The notes beneath the pieces were generated by a model. That model was not told where the DNA came from. It worked only from the letters and a program-made list of their open reading frames with translations, and searched no databases. From positions 1,152,001-1,216,000 of the forward strand of contig CAVZDU010000001.1 in assembly GCA_963774265.1 (NCBI GenBank): a stretch of 64,000 nucleotides of DNA, in the 5' to 3' direction. The DNA comes from an uncultured Chloroflexia bacterium (lineage in GTDB: Bacteria > Chloroflexota > Anaerolineae > CG2-30-64-16). Below, in pieces: positions 52,186-63,073 of the stretch. Position 1 is the stretch's first letter; every line of letters begins with the position of its first letter. The translations under genes were made by a program, and so were the position numbers.

Positions 52186-53506
52186 TCGGTCGCTCCGGCC
52201 GCGGCGGAAGGAACGACGCCCGACCCGCGGTTTGGGGTGGTGGAGGCGTTTGTCAACGCGGACGCGGCGACCGAGGCCGGGGTTGGCTACAGCCGCATCA
52301 TCCTGCGTTGGGACGTGATCCAGCCCGATGGCCCGGTGGACTGGAAGCCCGCGAACGTGCCCGACCCGTATGTGGAGGCGGAGCTGGCGGCGGGGCGGGA
52401 GGTCGTCGCGATCCTGATCGGCACGCCGAAGTGGGCCGCGGTGAACCCGGCGGACGAGCGCGCCGCGCCGTGCCCGACATGGACGCGTGGGCCACGTTTG
52501 CCAGGCGCATGGCGCAGCACTACAGGGGGCGGATCAACCACTGGATCATCTGGAACGAGCCGGACGTGTGGGAGGCCGGGCACCCGGGGCAGACGTGGGC
52601 GGGCAGCGTGGAGGACTATGCCCGGCTGCTCAAGACCGCGTACCTGGCGATCAACGATGGGCAGCCCGGGCAATTGGTATACATCGCGGGGTTGACGTAC
52701 TTCTGGGATTGGTCGCACGGCCGGCGACAGTACCTGGACCGCCTGTTGGACTTGTTGGCGGCCGACCCCCAGGCGGCCGAGCACGGCTACTACTTCGACG
52801 GGGTCGTCTACCACCTCTACTTCAAGCCATTGCAGGCGCCCAAGGTGTTGGGCGAGGCGCGGGCTCAGCCTGCAGAAGCACGGCATCAAGGGCAAAGAGC
52901 TATGGGTTAACGAGACAAATGCGCCACCATCAGAGGACAAGCTGGAACTACCATGGTCCAAACCGCGATACCGCGTCTCGCTCGACGAGCAGGCCGCGTT
53001 CGTCATCCAGGAGTTCAGCCTGGCGTTTGCCGCGGGCGCGAGCCGGGTCGAGTTCTACAAGCTACGCAACTCGGCCGACCATCCCGAATCGATCGAGCCT
53101 TATGGGCTGCTGCGGGGCGATGATTCGCGGCGGCCCGCGTTCGACCGCGTTTCAGGTTGCGACGACCTACCTGCGCGACTTTCGCAGCGCGACGCGCGAG
53201 CAGTCGGGCGCGGTCAACGCAGTGACGTTCGACCGGGGGAACGCGACGACCACGGTGGTGTGGACCACGGGGACGACGCGCCTCCGGACCACGGTGCGCG
53301 CAGTGGCCCGCGAGGCGCTGCTGGTGAACGAACGGGGGGAGACGCAGCGGATTCGGGCGCAGGGTGGGGTGTATGTGCTGGACCTGCCCGGCGCAACGTG
53401 CCTGAATCGGACGGAGTGCCTCATCGGCGGGGCGCCGCGGCTGCTGGTGGAGCAGGGGCCACGCGCGGACGGAGGGCGTTCCGGCGTAATGAAGATTGAA
53501 GATTGA
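52093..53506 (+). CDS. Secreted glycoside hydrolase, clan GH-A-like (several apparent indels)
   Basis: Signal peptide, WIIWNEPD acid/base motif, YHLY, WVNETN nucleophile motif. Confidence 0.7.
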
Positions 53507-53525
53507 AGATTGAAGATTGAAAATT
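53490..53525 (+). repeat. Heptamer tandem repeat (TGAAGAT)n
   Basis: TGAAGAT x4 followed by TGAAAAT. Confidence 0.85.
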
Positions 53526-53628
53526 GCTGAGCGGGTGTGGAACTTTGGAACCGGGCGAGCGTCTATGAGGTAGTGTCCCAAGGATTTATTGGTACGGTTT
53601 ATTTCGCCCGGGTGGGGTGGAGGATGTT

Positions 53629-56172
53629 ATGCAGAAGGTATGGTTAGATCCTGACCTGCGGGGGAAGCTGGGCAAGATCGGTGGCATTGTTTTGCTCGTC
53701 GCGACCCTGGCTGGCGTGGCGGTCGCGGCCGGGAGCTGCGGCCTCTTGCCGCGGCTGGCGCCGGTGCAAGCGGGTCGCGGAACGCCTACCGCAACGGCGC
53801 CCGCCATCACCGGGTCGCCCATCGTCGAGATCGCGCCGGTGGCCGGCGGCTCAGGCACGCGCATCACTGTGACGGGCCGCAACTGGCAGCCGGGCAACAC
53901 GATCTTCGTGCGCCTGGAGGATGTCGAAACGGGGCAGATGCCGGGCGTGGACCAGGCGTCCGCGATCGTGACCGACCAGGGCGACTTCGTGATCCGCTTC
54001 ACCTATCCTTACGATCCGCGCTGGGCATTGCTGCCCCGCACGCTGGTGACGGTGATCGACCCGGCCACGGGGCAGCGCGCGAACGCGGAGTTCCGCATCC
54101 TGACCCCGGCGACGGCGACGCCCACCGCAACACCCACCGCCATCCTGACCGCCACGGCCCTTCCGACGCGCGTGCAGCCGACGGCTGTCGTGCCGACCCA
54201 GGTCGCACCGCGGCCGACGGCGACGCGGGTCAGGCCGACCGCAACGCGGGTCCCGCCCACGGCAGTTCCGCCGACCGCAACGCCGGCGCCCGTCATCACG
54301 GAGTGGCGCGGGGAGTACTGGACCAACCTCAACCTGACCGGGGCGCCGAACGTCGTGCGCAATGATCCGGCGGTCGACTTCAGTTGGGGCCTCGGGTCGC
54401 CGGCCAGCCAGGTGCCGGTCGACAGCTTCTCGGCCCGCTGGACGCGCACGCTGGACTTCGCCTCGGGGACCTACCGATTTACCCTGAACGTGGATGACGG
54501 CGCGCGGCTGTGGGTGGACGACCAGATTCTCATCGACGAGTGGCGGGACAACAGCGCACACGAGGTGCGCGTGGACTTCCCGCTGAGCCGGGGCCGGCAT
54601 CAGATCCGCGTCGAATACTACGAGCGCACAGGGTTGGCCCGGGTGGCGCTGCGCTGGGAGCGAACCGGCCAGATCAGCTACCCTGACTGGATGGGCGAGT
54701 ACTGGAGCAATACGGACCTGTCGGGCGCGCCGGTGCTTACGCGCAACGATCGCATGATCGACTTTGCCTGGTCGACGGGGTCTCCCGCGGCCGGGCTGCC
54801 CGCCAACAACTTCTCGGCCCGTTGGACCCGGCAACTGGTGTTCGCGCCCGGCGTGTACCGGTTCTTCAGCCTGGGCGACGACGGCATGCGCGCGTATGTG
54901 GATGGTCGACTGGTGCTGGACCGGTGGTTCGACCAGAGCGCGTCTGATCCGTATTCGGTCGATGTGAACCTGGGCGGCCCGGCCACCATCGTGGTGGAGT
55001 ACTACGAGCGCACAGGGGGTGCGACGGCGCGGTTCTGGTGGCAGCAGATCGTCGTGCCCCCGCCGCCGCCGACCGTGACGGCCACCCGGACGGCGACCGC
55101 GACGCGAACTGCGACGGCTACGTCGACCGCGACCGCGACGGCCACGGCGACGGCTACGCCGACGGCGACGGTGACATCGATCGTCACGTCGACGCCGACC
55201 GCGACGGCCACGGCGACGGCTACGTCGACCGCGACATCGATCTACACGTCGACGCCAACCGCGACGGCGACGGCGACGGCTACGCCGACGGCGACATCGA
55301 TCTACACGTCGACGCCAACTGCGACATCGACCGCGACGGCTACGCCGACGGCGACATCGATCTTTACGTCGACGCCGACTGCGACTGCGACTGCGACCGC
55401 TACCGCAACGTCGACGCCGACCGCGACCGCCACGGCGACGCCGACTGAGACTCCGACTGAGACGCCGACTGCGACAGCGACTGCTACCGAGACGCCGGAG
55501 CCAACCGCAACGCCTACTCAGACGGCTACCGCGACAGCGACCGCTACGGAAACGCCGACTGAGACGCCGACCGCGACCGCGACTGCGACCGCTACCGAGA
55601 CGCCGACTGAGACCGGCGAAACGACGCCCATCACCCAGACACCTACGGCGACCCCGAGCGCGACGGCCTCTCCGACGGCGGCCGCGCCGGCGGTGACGGC
55701 CAGGCTGAGCGAGATCCTGCCTAATCCGAAGGCCGTGAACTGGGACCGGCGCGGTAAGGCGGACGCGCAAGATGAATGGATCGAGCTCTTCAACCCGACC
55801 CGGCGGCCGGTGGACCTGGGGGGCTGGTCCGTGACGGTGCAAGCCCCGGGCAAGCGATTGGTCCAGACGTATCGTTTCGCCAGGCGAACGACGATCCCGG
55901 CGGGCGGGCACCTGGTGCTCTACCAGCGGGATACACGGCTCGTGCTGGATGACCTGACCGCGACGGTGCGGCTGCTCGACGCGGATGGCGAGGTGGTTGA
56001 CTCGGTGACTTACGAGAAGCTGGGACCGGATGAGAGCATCAGCCGGGACGCGGCCGGCGAGTGGCACGCGGGCTGGGCCCCGACGCCGGGCGAGGAGAAT
56101 GTCGCTCCGCTGCCGGCATTGAAGCGGGGGATCAGGATCACGCCTACGCCGCGGACCGGGACGCGACCGTAG
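53629..56172 (+). CDS. Surface protein: Ig-like domain, two PA14 domains, long Thr/Ala/Pro linker, C-terminal lamin-tail domain
   Basis: FSARW..DDGARLWVD..EYYE twice; (TA/TP)n region 55070-55680; LSEILPNP..DEWIELFN..VDLGGW..DSVTY. Confidence 0.85.
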   Translation: MQKVWLDPDLRGKLGKIGGIVLLVATLAGVAVAAGSCGLLPRLAPVQAGRGTPTATAPAITGSPIVEIAPVAGGSGTRITVTGRNWQPGNTIFVRLEDVETGQMPGVDQASAIVTDQGDFVIRFTYPYDPRWALLPRTLVTVIDPATGQRANAEFRILTPATATPTATPTAILTATALPTRVQPTAVVPTQVAPRPTATRVRPTATRVPPTAVPPTATPAPVITEWRGEYWTNLNLTGAPNVVRNDPAVDFSWGLGSPASQVPVDSFSARWTRTLDFASGTYRFTLNVDDGARLWVDDQILIDEWRDNSAHEVRVDFPLSRGRHQIRVEYYERTGLARVALRWERTGQISYPDWMGEYWSNTDLSGAPVLTRNDRMIDFAWSTGSPAAGLPANNFSARWTRQLVFAPGVYRFFSLGDDGMRAYVDGRLVLDRWFDQSASDPYSVDVNLGGPATIVVEYYERTGGATARFWWQQIVVPPPPPTVTATRTATATRTATATSTATATATATATPTATVTSIVTSTPTATATATATSTATSIYTSTPTATATATATPTATSIYTSTPTATSTATATPTATSIFTSTPTATATATATATSTPTATATATPTETPTETPTATATATETPEPTATPTQTATATATATETPTETPTATATATATETPTETGETTPITQTPTATPSATASPTAAAPAVTARLSEILPNPKAVNWDRRGKADAQDEWIELFNPTRRPVDLGGWSVTVQAPGKRLVQTYRFARRTTIPAGGHLVLYQRDTRLVLDDLTATVRLLDADGEVVDSVTYEKLGPDESISRDAAGEWHAGWAPTPGEENVAPLPALKRGIRITPTPRTGTRP

Positions 56173-56193
56173 GGACGAGGGGTTAGAGGGAGG

Positions 56194-56222
56194 GCGCCGG
56201 GATCGGAAGGTCCCGGCGTTTT
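56194..56222 (+). terminator. Intrinsic terminator
   Basis: GCGCCGGGA-TCGGAAGG-TCCCGGCGTTTT. Confidence 0.65.
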
Positions 56223-56535
56223 CGCGTTAAGCGTCGCCTGCGGTTCCGAATCGCAGGCTGAACCAGGCGCCAAACCGGCTGAAGCCGGTTGCGCAAGCCG
56301 GCGTGGCGGCCGATGCGGTCCGTTAGCCCGATGAATGAGGCTGAACGGGCGAGGTCACGCGTCCTGGCGCATTCCCGCGGCGCGATCAACCGCGGCCACG
56401 AAGCAGGCGGCGCTGTAGCGTCATATGACCACCGATATGACCTCCGGCACTGTGTTAAGTGACCGGGTTCCTATAGGATAGGGTCAAGATCAATTCGATC
56501 GAAGTATCCATCCGTTACACAATTTGGAGGTCAAA

Positions 56536-57889
56536 ATGAATCGCAAAACTCGTATCTTTACCCTGCTTACCCTGTTCGTCCTGGCCCTGTTCATCTTCGT
56601 CCCGGCGGCGTCGGCTTACGATGGCCGCAGCGGCGATAGAGTGGTGATCGGCAAGGACGAGGTCATCAATGATGATCTGTTCGTGGGCGGGACCACAGTG
56701 ATCGTGGATGGCACGGTCAATGGCGACTTGATCGCCGGGGGCCAGACCGTGATCATCAACGGCAAGGTCACCGGCAACGTGATCGCGGCCGGCTCGAGCG
56801 TCACCGTGAATGGCGAGGTGGGCCATGATGTCTTTGCCGCGGGCGCCGCGGTGACGATTGGGCCCGACGCACGGATCGGGCACAATGCCTATACGGCGGG
56901 CGCCAGCGTGGAGAGCCAGGCGGGCAGCCAGATCGGCGGCTCGCTGCTGATCGGCGCCGGCCAGGGCCTGGTCTCCGGGCAGATCACCAACGATCTGCTG
57001 GCGGGCGCCAGTCGCCTGCGCCTGGAAGGCACGGTGGGTCGCAACGCGAAGATCGCGTCGACACCTCGAACGACCGGTTCTTCGCCCAGCTACATGCTAC
57101 GGCCCGAACACGCCGCCGATGCCCTCCGTCCAGCCTGGCCTGACCTTTGGCCCTGAAGCGCACGTTGCCGGCAGCCTGGAGTACGTCAGCCCCGAGACGG
57201 TCGCAGGGCGCCGCCAGCGTATCCTCTCAGGTCACGCATACCCTGCCGCCCCAGGATCAACAGCTGTCCCGGGAGCTGGCCCAACGGCAGAGCACCTCCT
57301 CCTACGTGTTCGACGCGCTGCGCCGCCTGGTCGCCCTGCTGCTGGTTGGCCTGCTCATCGCCTGGCTGGCCCCCCGCTGGATCACCGGCCCTGCCGAGAA
57401 GCTGCTGTCCGCCCGCTGCCCAGCCTGGGGATTGGTCTGGTCGGCCTGGTCGCCGCTCCGATCAGCTGGTTCGTGGCGCTCGGCGTGGTCATCCTGATCG
57501 CGGTGATCTTCGGACTGCTGAGCCTGGGCGGCCTGACGGGCCTGACCCTGCTGGCCGGTCTTCCCGCCCTGGGCCTGGCTTTCGTCGCCATCCTGTTCGT
57601 GCTGAGCTACCTGTGCCAGGCGATCGTCGCCTACCTGGGTGGGCGCTGGATCCTCAGCCGCATCCGCCCGGAGTGGAACAGCAGGATCTACGCACCGCTG
57701 CTGATCGGCCTGCTCATCCTGGGCCTGCTCTTCGCCGTGCCGGTCGCCGGCGGCATGCTCCAGTTCCTGGTCGTCCTGGCTGGCCTGGGCGCCATCGCCC
57801 TGGTGCTCTTCCAGGGCCGCCCGGCGCCCCAGACGCCCGCCGAAGTTCCTGCGACCGTCTCAGGCGTGATCCTGGCACATCGCACGTAG
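56536..57889 (+). CDS. Exported beta-helix (polymer-forming cytoskeletal-like) protein with C-terminal membrane domain (apparent indels)
   Basis: Signal peptide, repeats V.G.V.GDL..AG, multiple C-terminal TM helices; end approximate. Confidence 0.75.
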
Positions 57890-57958
57890 CCAGGTGGCGG
57901 TCGTGCGCAGGTCGGCGCACAATCACCACCTGGCGGCATTTTGTGGTTTAATGGGCCT

Positions 57959-59135
57959 ATGCAGCGCTTCTCTCGTCTCGACCGGTTATCGCTTGTCGCC
58001 TATCTCACCCTGGCCGGGGTGACTGCCGCCGGCTTGTGGGAGATCGACCGCATCCTGCTGCGCTGGCTCGCCCTGGGTCTCCTGGTGGGCTTTGGCCTGC
58101 TGCACAGCCGCCTGCCGGAGCAAGATGGCTCGCCGAGAAGCCAGCGCCTGGCCAACCTGATCATCGCCCTGCAGACCGGGCTGGTGGTCGTGCTGATCGA
58201 AACCACCCGGGCCGGTTTTCCATTCGTCCTCCTGTTCTTCATCCTGAGCGTGACGGTCATGCTCTACAACCCGCTGCGCCCGGGCCTGCTGTGGCTGGGA
58301 GGCTTCATCCTGCTCACCGGCTGGTTCTTCTTCGAGCAGGAAGGCCTGGGCGGCGGGCTGCGGGCGATGGCGATCTATGCGGGCGGTTTCCTGTTCTTCG
58401 GCGTCGTCACCAATGCGCTCACCCAGGCGCGCCTGACCCAACGCCAGAACGCCCTGCTGCTGGGCGAGCTGCAGGCCAAGAACCGCCAGCTCGAAGAATA
58501 CGCCGCGCAGGTTGAAACGCTGGCGGTCGTCGAAGAGCGCAACCGGCTGGCGCGGGAGATGCACGATACCATCGGCCACCGGCTGACGACCGCGGCCGTC
58601 CAACTGGAGGGGGCCCAGCGCCTGGCGCCCAGCGAGCCCGAGCGGGCCGCCGCGATGATCGGCGCCGGCCGCCAGCAGGTGCGCGAGGCGCTGCAAGACC
58701 TGCGCCAGACGGTCGGGCGGCTGCGCGAGCCGGTCGAAATCGAGCTTTCGCTGCCGCAGGCGCTGCACCGCCTGGCCGCCAGTTTCCAGGAAGCGACCGG
58801 CCTGGCGATCCACCTGGAGCTGCCCGAAAATGCCTGCGAGGTGACTTCCGCCCAGCGCCTGGCCCTCTACCGCACCGCGCAGGAGGGTCTGACCAACATC
58901 CAGCGCCATGCCGCCGCTCACCAGGCCTGGCTGCACCTGGAATGCTCGCCCGACCAGATTCGCCTGCAGGTGATCGATGATGGCCGCGGCCTTGACGGCC
59001 GGCAACCCCAGCACCGGCTTTGGCCTGCGCGGCCTGCAAGAGCGGGCGGCCCAGCTGGGCGGCGCAATCACGCTTTCAGACCGGCCGGGCGGCGGCACGA
59101 TCCTGACGATCCAGCTCCCCATTCAGGGAGGATAA
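57959..59135 (+). CDS. HisKA_3-type membrane sensor histidine kinase (apparent indel near 59000)
   Basis: EERNRLAREMHDTIGH, QEGLTNIQRHA, DDGRG, shifted-frame GFGLRGLQERA..TAA 59133-59135. Confidence 0.9.
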
Positions 59136-59803
59136 TGGCCATGGAACCTATCCGTATCTTGATCGTCGATGACCAGCGCCTGATGCGTGAAGGCTTGCGC
59201 ACGCTGCTGGAGCTGGAAGGCGACCTGGCGGTCGCGGCCGAGGCTGAGGATGGCCAGGCCGCCCTCGAGCAGTACGAAGCGATCCAGCCGGATGTCGTGC
59301 TGATGGACATTCGCATGCCCCGCCTGGATGGCGTGGAGGCCACGCGCCGCCTGCGCCAGCGCTGGCCCGAGGCGCGGGTGATCATCCTGACCACCTTCGA
59401 TGACGACGCGTACGTGTTCGATGGGCTGCGTGCCGGGGCGCTGGGCTACCTGCTCAAGGATGTCTCGGGCCAGGAGCTGGCCGAAGCCGTCCGCAAAGTC
59501 GCCGCGGGTGGGGCGCTGATCGAGCCTTCGGTGGCGCGCAAAGTGCTGGCCGAGTTCTCGCGCCTGGCTGAGCCCACCCGCCCGGCCCTCGACCGCCTCC
59601 CCGAGCCGCTGTCGGAACGCGAACAGGAGATTCTGCGCCTGCTGGCGTCGGGCGCCAACAACCGCCAGATCGCCAGCCAGCTCTTCCTGGCCGAAGGCAC
59701 GGTCAAGAACTACATCTCGACCATCCTGGACAAACTGGGAGTGCAAGACCGCACCCAGGCCGCCTTGCGCGCCCGCGAGCTTGGGCTGTTGAATCCCGGG
59801 TAA
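59135..59803 (+). CDS. NarL/LuxR family response regulator
   Basis: IVDDQ, LMDIRMP, LTTFDDD, YLLKD, LSEREQE, EGTVKNY. Confidence 0.95.
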   Translation: MAMEPIRILIVDDQRLMREGLRTLLELEGDLAVAAEAEDGQAALEQYEAIQPDVVLMDIRMPRLDGVEATRRLRQRWPEARVIILTTFDDDAYVFDGLRAGALGYLLKDVSGQELAEAVRKVAAGGALIEPSVARKVLAEFSRLAEPTRPALDRLPEPLSEREQEILRLLASGANNRQIASQLFLAEGTVKNYISTILDKLGVQDRTQAALRARELGLLNPG

Positions 59804-59838
59804 TCAGCCTGCGTTGACAGTCCCGTGGGGATTTGCAC

Positions 59839-61616
59839 TGTAGTGGGCAGAGAGGTTCGTCCGCTATGTAGGGTAGAGAGGTTCGACCGGGGGTGGTACT
59901 TCTTTCCACGGGCAGGTTCTGATCCAGGCGGCCTCGGTGGTGTAGATCGCCAGGCCTTCAGGAGTGGCGGCCACGCCGACGATTTGTCCTTTGTGGGCTC
60001 GCCCGACATAGTAGAAGCGTTTGTGAAAGGCAACCTGGCCCAGTTGCGTCACGCGGCGGGTCTGAAAGGGTGTGAAGGGGCGTGGCTGCGGCGGTGGGAG
60101 CTTGGCGGGTTGGGCGGTGGGCTGCGCTTGTGGGAAGAGGTGCTTGCAGGGCAGCGATTTGGTTGAGCCGTCGGGCAAAGTGACCTGCCAGCAATCGCCG
60201 ACACGCTCAAGGCACAGCTGTTGACCGATCCAGGCGATCCCGACGTAGTAGAGATAGCTGTTGAGGGCGATGTTGCCGCGTCGATTGACGATCCGTGTCA
60301 GCGATCGCGGGGACAGGGCGGGGAGAGGCAAGGCCGGGGATTGCTCGGCGGCCGGCTCCAGGTCGTAAGTGCGTTGCCAGCCGTCGCTCGCTTGGGCCAC
60401 CGCTGACCAGCCGCTCACGGTGACGGCGATGGTTTGCCGCGCATAACGCCGCTGGAAGGGGAACGTGCGCCCACACAGGCTGATCCGGCCATCGGCTTGG
60501 ACCTGGCGCGTCACCACGGTTGGCTCGAGCGTGATAGGCACCTGTGCGGGGTCGAAATCATCGGGCAAGCGCCGGGAACTCGGCTGATAGACGGTGACCG
60601 GCGGCTGATCCTGACACCGGCTATGACACCGTTCGTGGTTATAGAAGCCGCGGCTGGCCTCCATGGCCTGGGGCAAGTCAGCGCCGACCTCCGGCAAGGC
60701 GCCTTCTTCACGGCAGGTGCGGACGTAACGCTCGACCACGCCGTTCCACCAAGGCTGCTTGGGTCCCACCAGCAGATGATGGATGCCTAACGCGCTCAGC
60801 ACGCGGGTCAACAGGCTCGGCAGACCGCTGATGGCATCGAACCAGAGCTTGTCATGATCGGTCTTGACGATGGCCGGCAAGCCGTATTGGCGGGCGACCG
60901 CGAGAAAGCTCTCCACCACCAGCGCTTCGGTCAGTGTCGGCGCCGTGAGTTGCCCTAACGCGTAGCGGCTGTGCAAGTCGATCCAGTGCAACGTGTACCA
61001 GCGGGAACCGTCAGCAGGTTGACTGACCTGAATATCAGCCGCCCAGATCAAGTTGCAGCTCAGATAATCGATCTGCCGCGCCGCGGCCTTGGCCAGGGCA
61101 GCGAGCGCTGGCGCTTGCAGTTCCGGGTGGCGTGCCAGGACACACCGCACGCGGCCCTCACTGACCGAGGCGCGCCGCTGCACAGCATCGCGCATGCGCC
61201 AGCGGAGTTGTTTGGCGATCTGCCGTCGGCCCCACGCCGGATGTGCTTGCTTGAGGGTACAGATGGCCCGCTCGAGGTCCGCTGGCGTGCGTTGCGGGCT
61301 ACACTCAGGCCGTGAGGACGCATCCTGCAGGCTGCTAAGACCCTTTGCCTTATCATAACGTGCAAATGTCCGCCGCACCCACCGTGCCGGCCGCTGCAAC
61401 GTCTGCGCAATTTCCCGGCGATTGAGACCCTTCTGCTCAAGGTCAACGGCGGCGCATCGATCAGCATAATCGCGAGCTGGACAACGCGGCATGGCAGCAC
61501 CCCCTTTCCGCGTTGGGAGGTGCTGTACAGTCTAATCAGATTGTGACACCTTCAGCCATCCTGCGGTCGAACCTCTCTGCCCGGTACATAGCGGACGAAC
61601 CTCTCTGCCCACTACA
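59839..61616 (-). mobile_element. IS481-like insertion sequence (1778 bp) with 9-bp target duplication
   Basis: 32-bp perfect IR TGTAGTGGGCAGAGAGGTTCGTCCGCTATGTA plus a second internal AGAGAGGTTCG site at each end; DR GATTTGCAC at 59830-59838 and 61617-61625. Confidence 0.92.
59864..61492 (-). CDS. IS481-like DDE transposase with three tandem C-terminal beta-barrel-like repeats
   Basis: SSRP..SP.RT, HPAWG, WAADI, IDLHSR, KTDHD, PWWNGVVER, YNHERCH. Confidence 0.88.
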   Translation of the reverse strand: MPRCPARDYADRCAAVDLEQKGLNRREIAQTLQRPARWVRRTFARYDKAKGLSSLQDASSRPECSPQRTPADLERAICTLKQAHPAWGRRQIAKQLRWRMRDAVQRRASVSEGRVRCVLARHPELQAPALAALAKAAARQIDYLSCNLIWAADIQVSQPADGSRWYTLHWIDLHSRYALGQLTAPTLTEALVVESFLAVARQYGLPAIVKTDHDKLWFDAISGLPSLLTRVLSALGIHHLLVGPKQPWWNGVVERYVRTCREEGALPEVGADLPQAMEASRGFYNHERCHSRCQDQPPVTVYQPSSRRLPDDFDPAQVPITLEPTVVTRQVQADGRISLCGRTFPFQRRYARQTIAVTVSGWSAVAQASDGWQRTYDLEPAAEQSPALPLPALSPRSLTRIVNRRGNIALNSYLYYVGIAWIGQQLCLERVGDCWQVTLPDGSTKSLPCKHLFPQAQPTAQPAKLPPPQPRPFTPFQTRRVTQLGQVAFHKRFYYVGRAHKGQIVGVAATPEGLAIYTTEAAWIRTCPWKEVPPPVEPLYPT

Positions 61617-61626
61617 GATTTGCACT

Positions 61627-61655
61627 TTGTTGCACCATGCCGGCTGTGCTATACT
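61627..61655 (+). promoter_or_regulatory. Extended -10 promoter upstream of the candidate ncRNA
   Basis: TTGTTG-N17-TATACT with TG at -15/-14. Confidence 0.6.
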
Positions 61656-61753
61656 GCGCCCCCAGAAAGTGACATTGATCATCAGGATAAAGCCCCGCAC
61701 GATCGGACCGCCGTCGGGGCTGTGACCAGAGGGGCCGGGCCTTGGGCGCTCTA

Positions 61754-62873
61754 AGTAGGTAACAGAAAATTCGGGGCACTTCTTCGTTGCCTGATATACT
61801 GGGGTTACGGAGGGTGCCATGATCTATGTACGAACACCAACGGATGCTGAACTGCAAGAGCTCAAGCGAATGACCCGCCATGAGATCGGGCGGGTTAGCC
61901 AACGAGCGCAGATGGTTCTGCTCTCAGCGCAGCAGCGCACGGTGCCTGAGATCGCCGTCATCTTTGGCGTCAAGTACAAGACCGTGCGCAAATGGCTCCG
62001 CCGCTTCAATGCGGCCGGGCCGGCCGGACTGTATGATGAGCCGCGCAGTGGGCGGCCGCGGACGCTGACCGACCGTGTCCGTGACACTTTGGTCGACATG
62101 AGCGAGCAGGATCCCGAGCAGTCGGACTATCCCGCGACCTTGTGGACGGTTGCGATGCTGGCCTTAGCCTTGGCCGAGAAGATCGGCGTGTATCTGAGCC
62201 ATAGCACCCTGCGTCAGACGCTGCATGCGGCCGGCCTGGCCTGGAGCCGCCCACGACTCGCCATGCCCCGCAAGACTGATCCGCAGAAGGCGGCCAAGCA
62301 GTGGGCAATAGTGCAGGCCGTGATTGGGGCTGGCCCAGCTGCAGTCGTGCTGTACGCCGACGAATCGCGCATCCAGATGCTACCGTTGATTCGAGCAATG
62401 TGGCATCGGCTGGGCCAGCAGATCCGTGTCCCGACGCCCGGCAGCAATCAGACGCGCAGCCTATTTGGAGCGCTCAACATTCGCACGGGCCAGTGGACGT
62501 GGTTGATCCGCGAGCATATGCACAAAGAAGACTTCATCACTTTCCTGGAACACCTGTTGACGGTGTATGCCAGCGGTCCGATCATTCTGATCGTCGATAA
62601 CTACTCCAGCCATACGGCTAAGGCCATCGATGCCTGGCTGACTGAGCACCCGCGACTCCAGTTGCACTACCTGCCGAAGTACTGCTCGCATCTGAATCCG
62701 GTTGAGAACATCTGGCTGCGTCTCAAAGGCCAGACCGCCGCTGACCGCTTGTACGGTTCGCTGCATGGTCTGCTGGACGCCGTCACACGCTTCTTCGACC
62801 ATATGACGCCAGCGATGGCGTTGACCTGGGCCAGTCTCGACTGAAAAGTGACCCGTACTTTTTGTGACATACT
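61754..62873 (+). mobile_element. IS630-family insertion sequence, copy 2 (1120 bp)
   Basis: Same IRs as copy 1; TA duplicated at 61752-61753 and 62874-62875. Confidence 0.95.
61819..62844 (+). CDS. IS630-family transposase
   Basis: Protein identical to 2093-3118. Confidence 0.95.
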   Translation: MIYVRTPTDAELQELKRMTRHEIGRVSQRAQMVLLSAQQRTVPEIAVIFGVKYKTVRKWLRRFNAAGPAGLYDEPRSGRPRTLTDRVRDTLVDMSEQDPEQSDYPATLWTVAMLALALAEKIGVYLSHSTLRQTLHAAGLAWSRPRLAMPRKTDPQKAAKQWAIVQAVIGAGPAAVVLYADESRIQMLPLIRAMWHRLGQQIRVPTPGSNQTRSLFGALNIRTGQWTWLIREHMHKEDFITFLEHLLTVYASGPIILIVDNYSSHTAKAIDAWLTEHPRLQLHYLPKYCSHLNPVENIWLRLKGQTAADRLYGSLHGLLDAVTRFFDHMTPAMALTWASLD

Positions 62874-63073
62874 TAGTAAGACGATTGTGGCTCAGTTGTC
62901 TGCCCCAGGTCAAACCGAGGGCGGCCTTTGCATCTCTTGCAGATTGGCATCTTTCTGTTAGTCAAGAAGGCCGACACGTTGCTGCCTGATCGGCTTCATA
63001 TCTGAGTCCTGCTGGTCCGAGGAGCTGGGCGTTGCGGTCCTCAATGCATCACGTTTGTTCGGGACGTCAAGTG

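Noticed and set aside
53490-55680. Possible CRISPR array in repetitive DNA
   Set aside because: Repeats are short tandem or codon-level Thr/Ala repeats without unique spacers; no cas genes in the window.
53851-56067. 738-aa Arg-rich minus-strand ORF and similar long antisense ORFs (e.g. 49804-51192, 18784-20106, 6235-7422)
   Set aside because: Shadow frames of high-GC coding genes with no recognisable motifs.
57941-59803. Apparent 620-aa hybrid kinase-response regulator fusion
   Set aside because: An indel near 59000 removes the G2 box; the correct frame gives GFGLRGL..TAA overlapping the regulator ATG (TAATG), so these are two ordinary genes.
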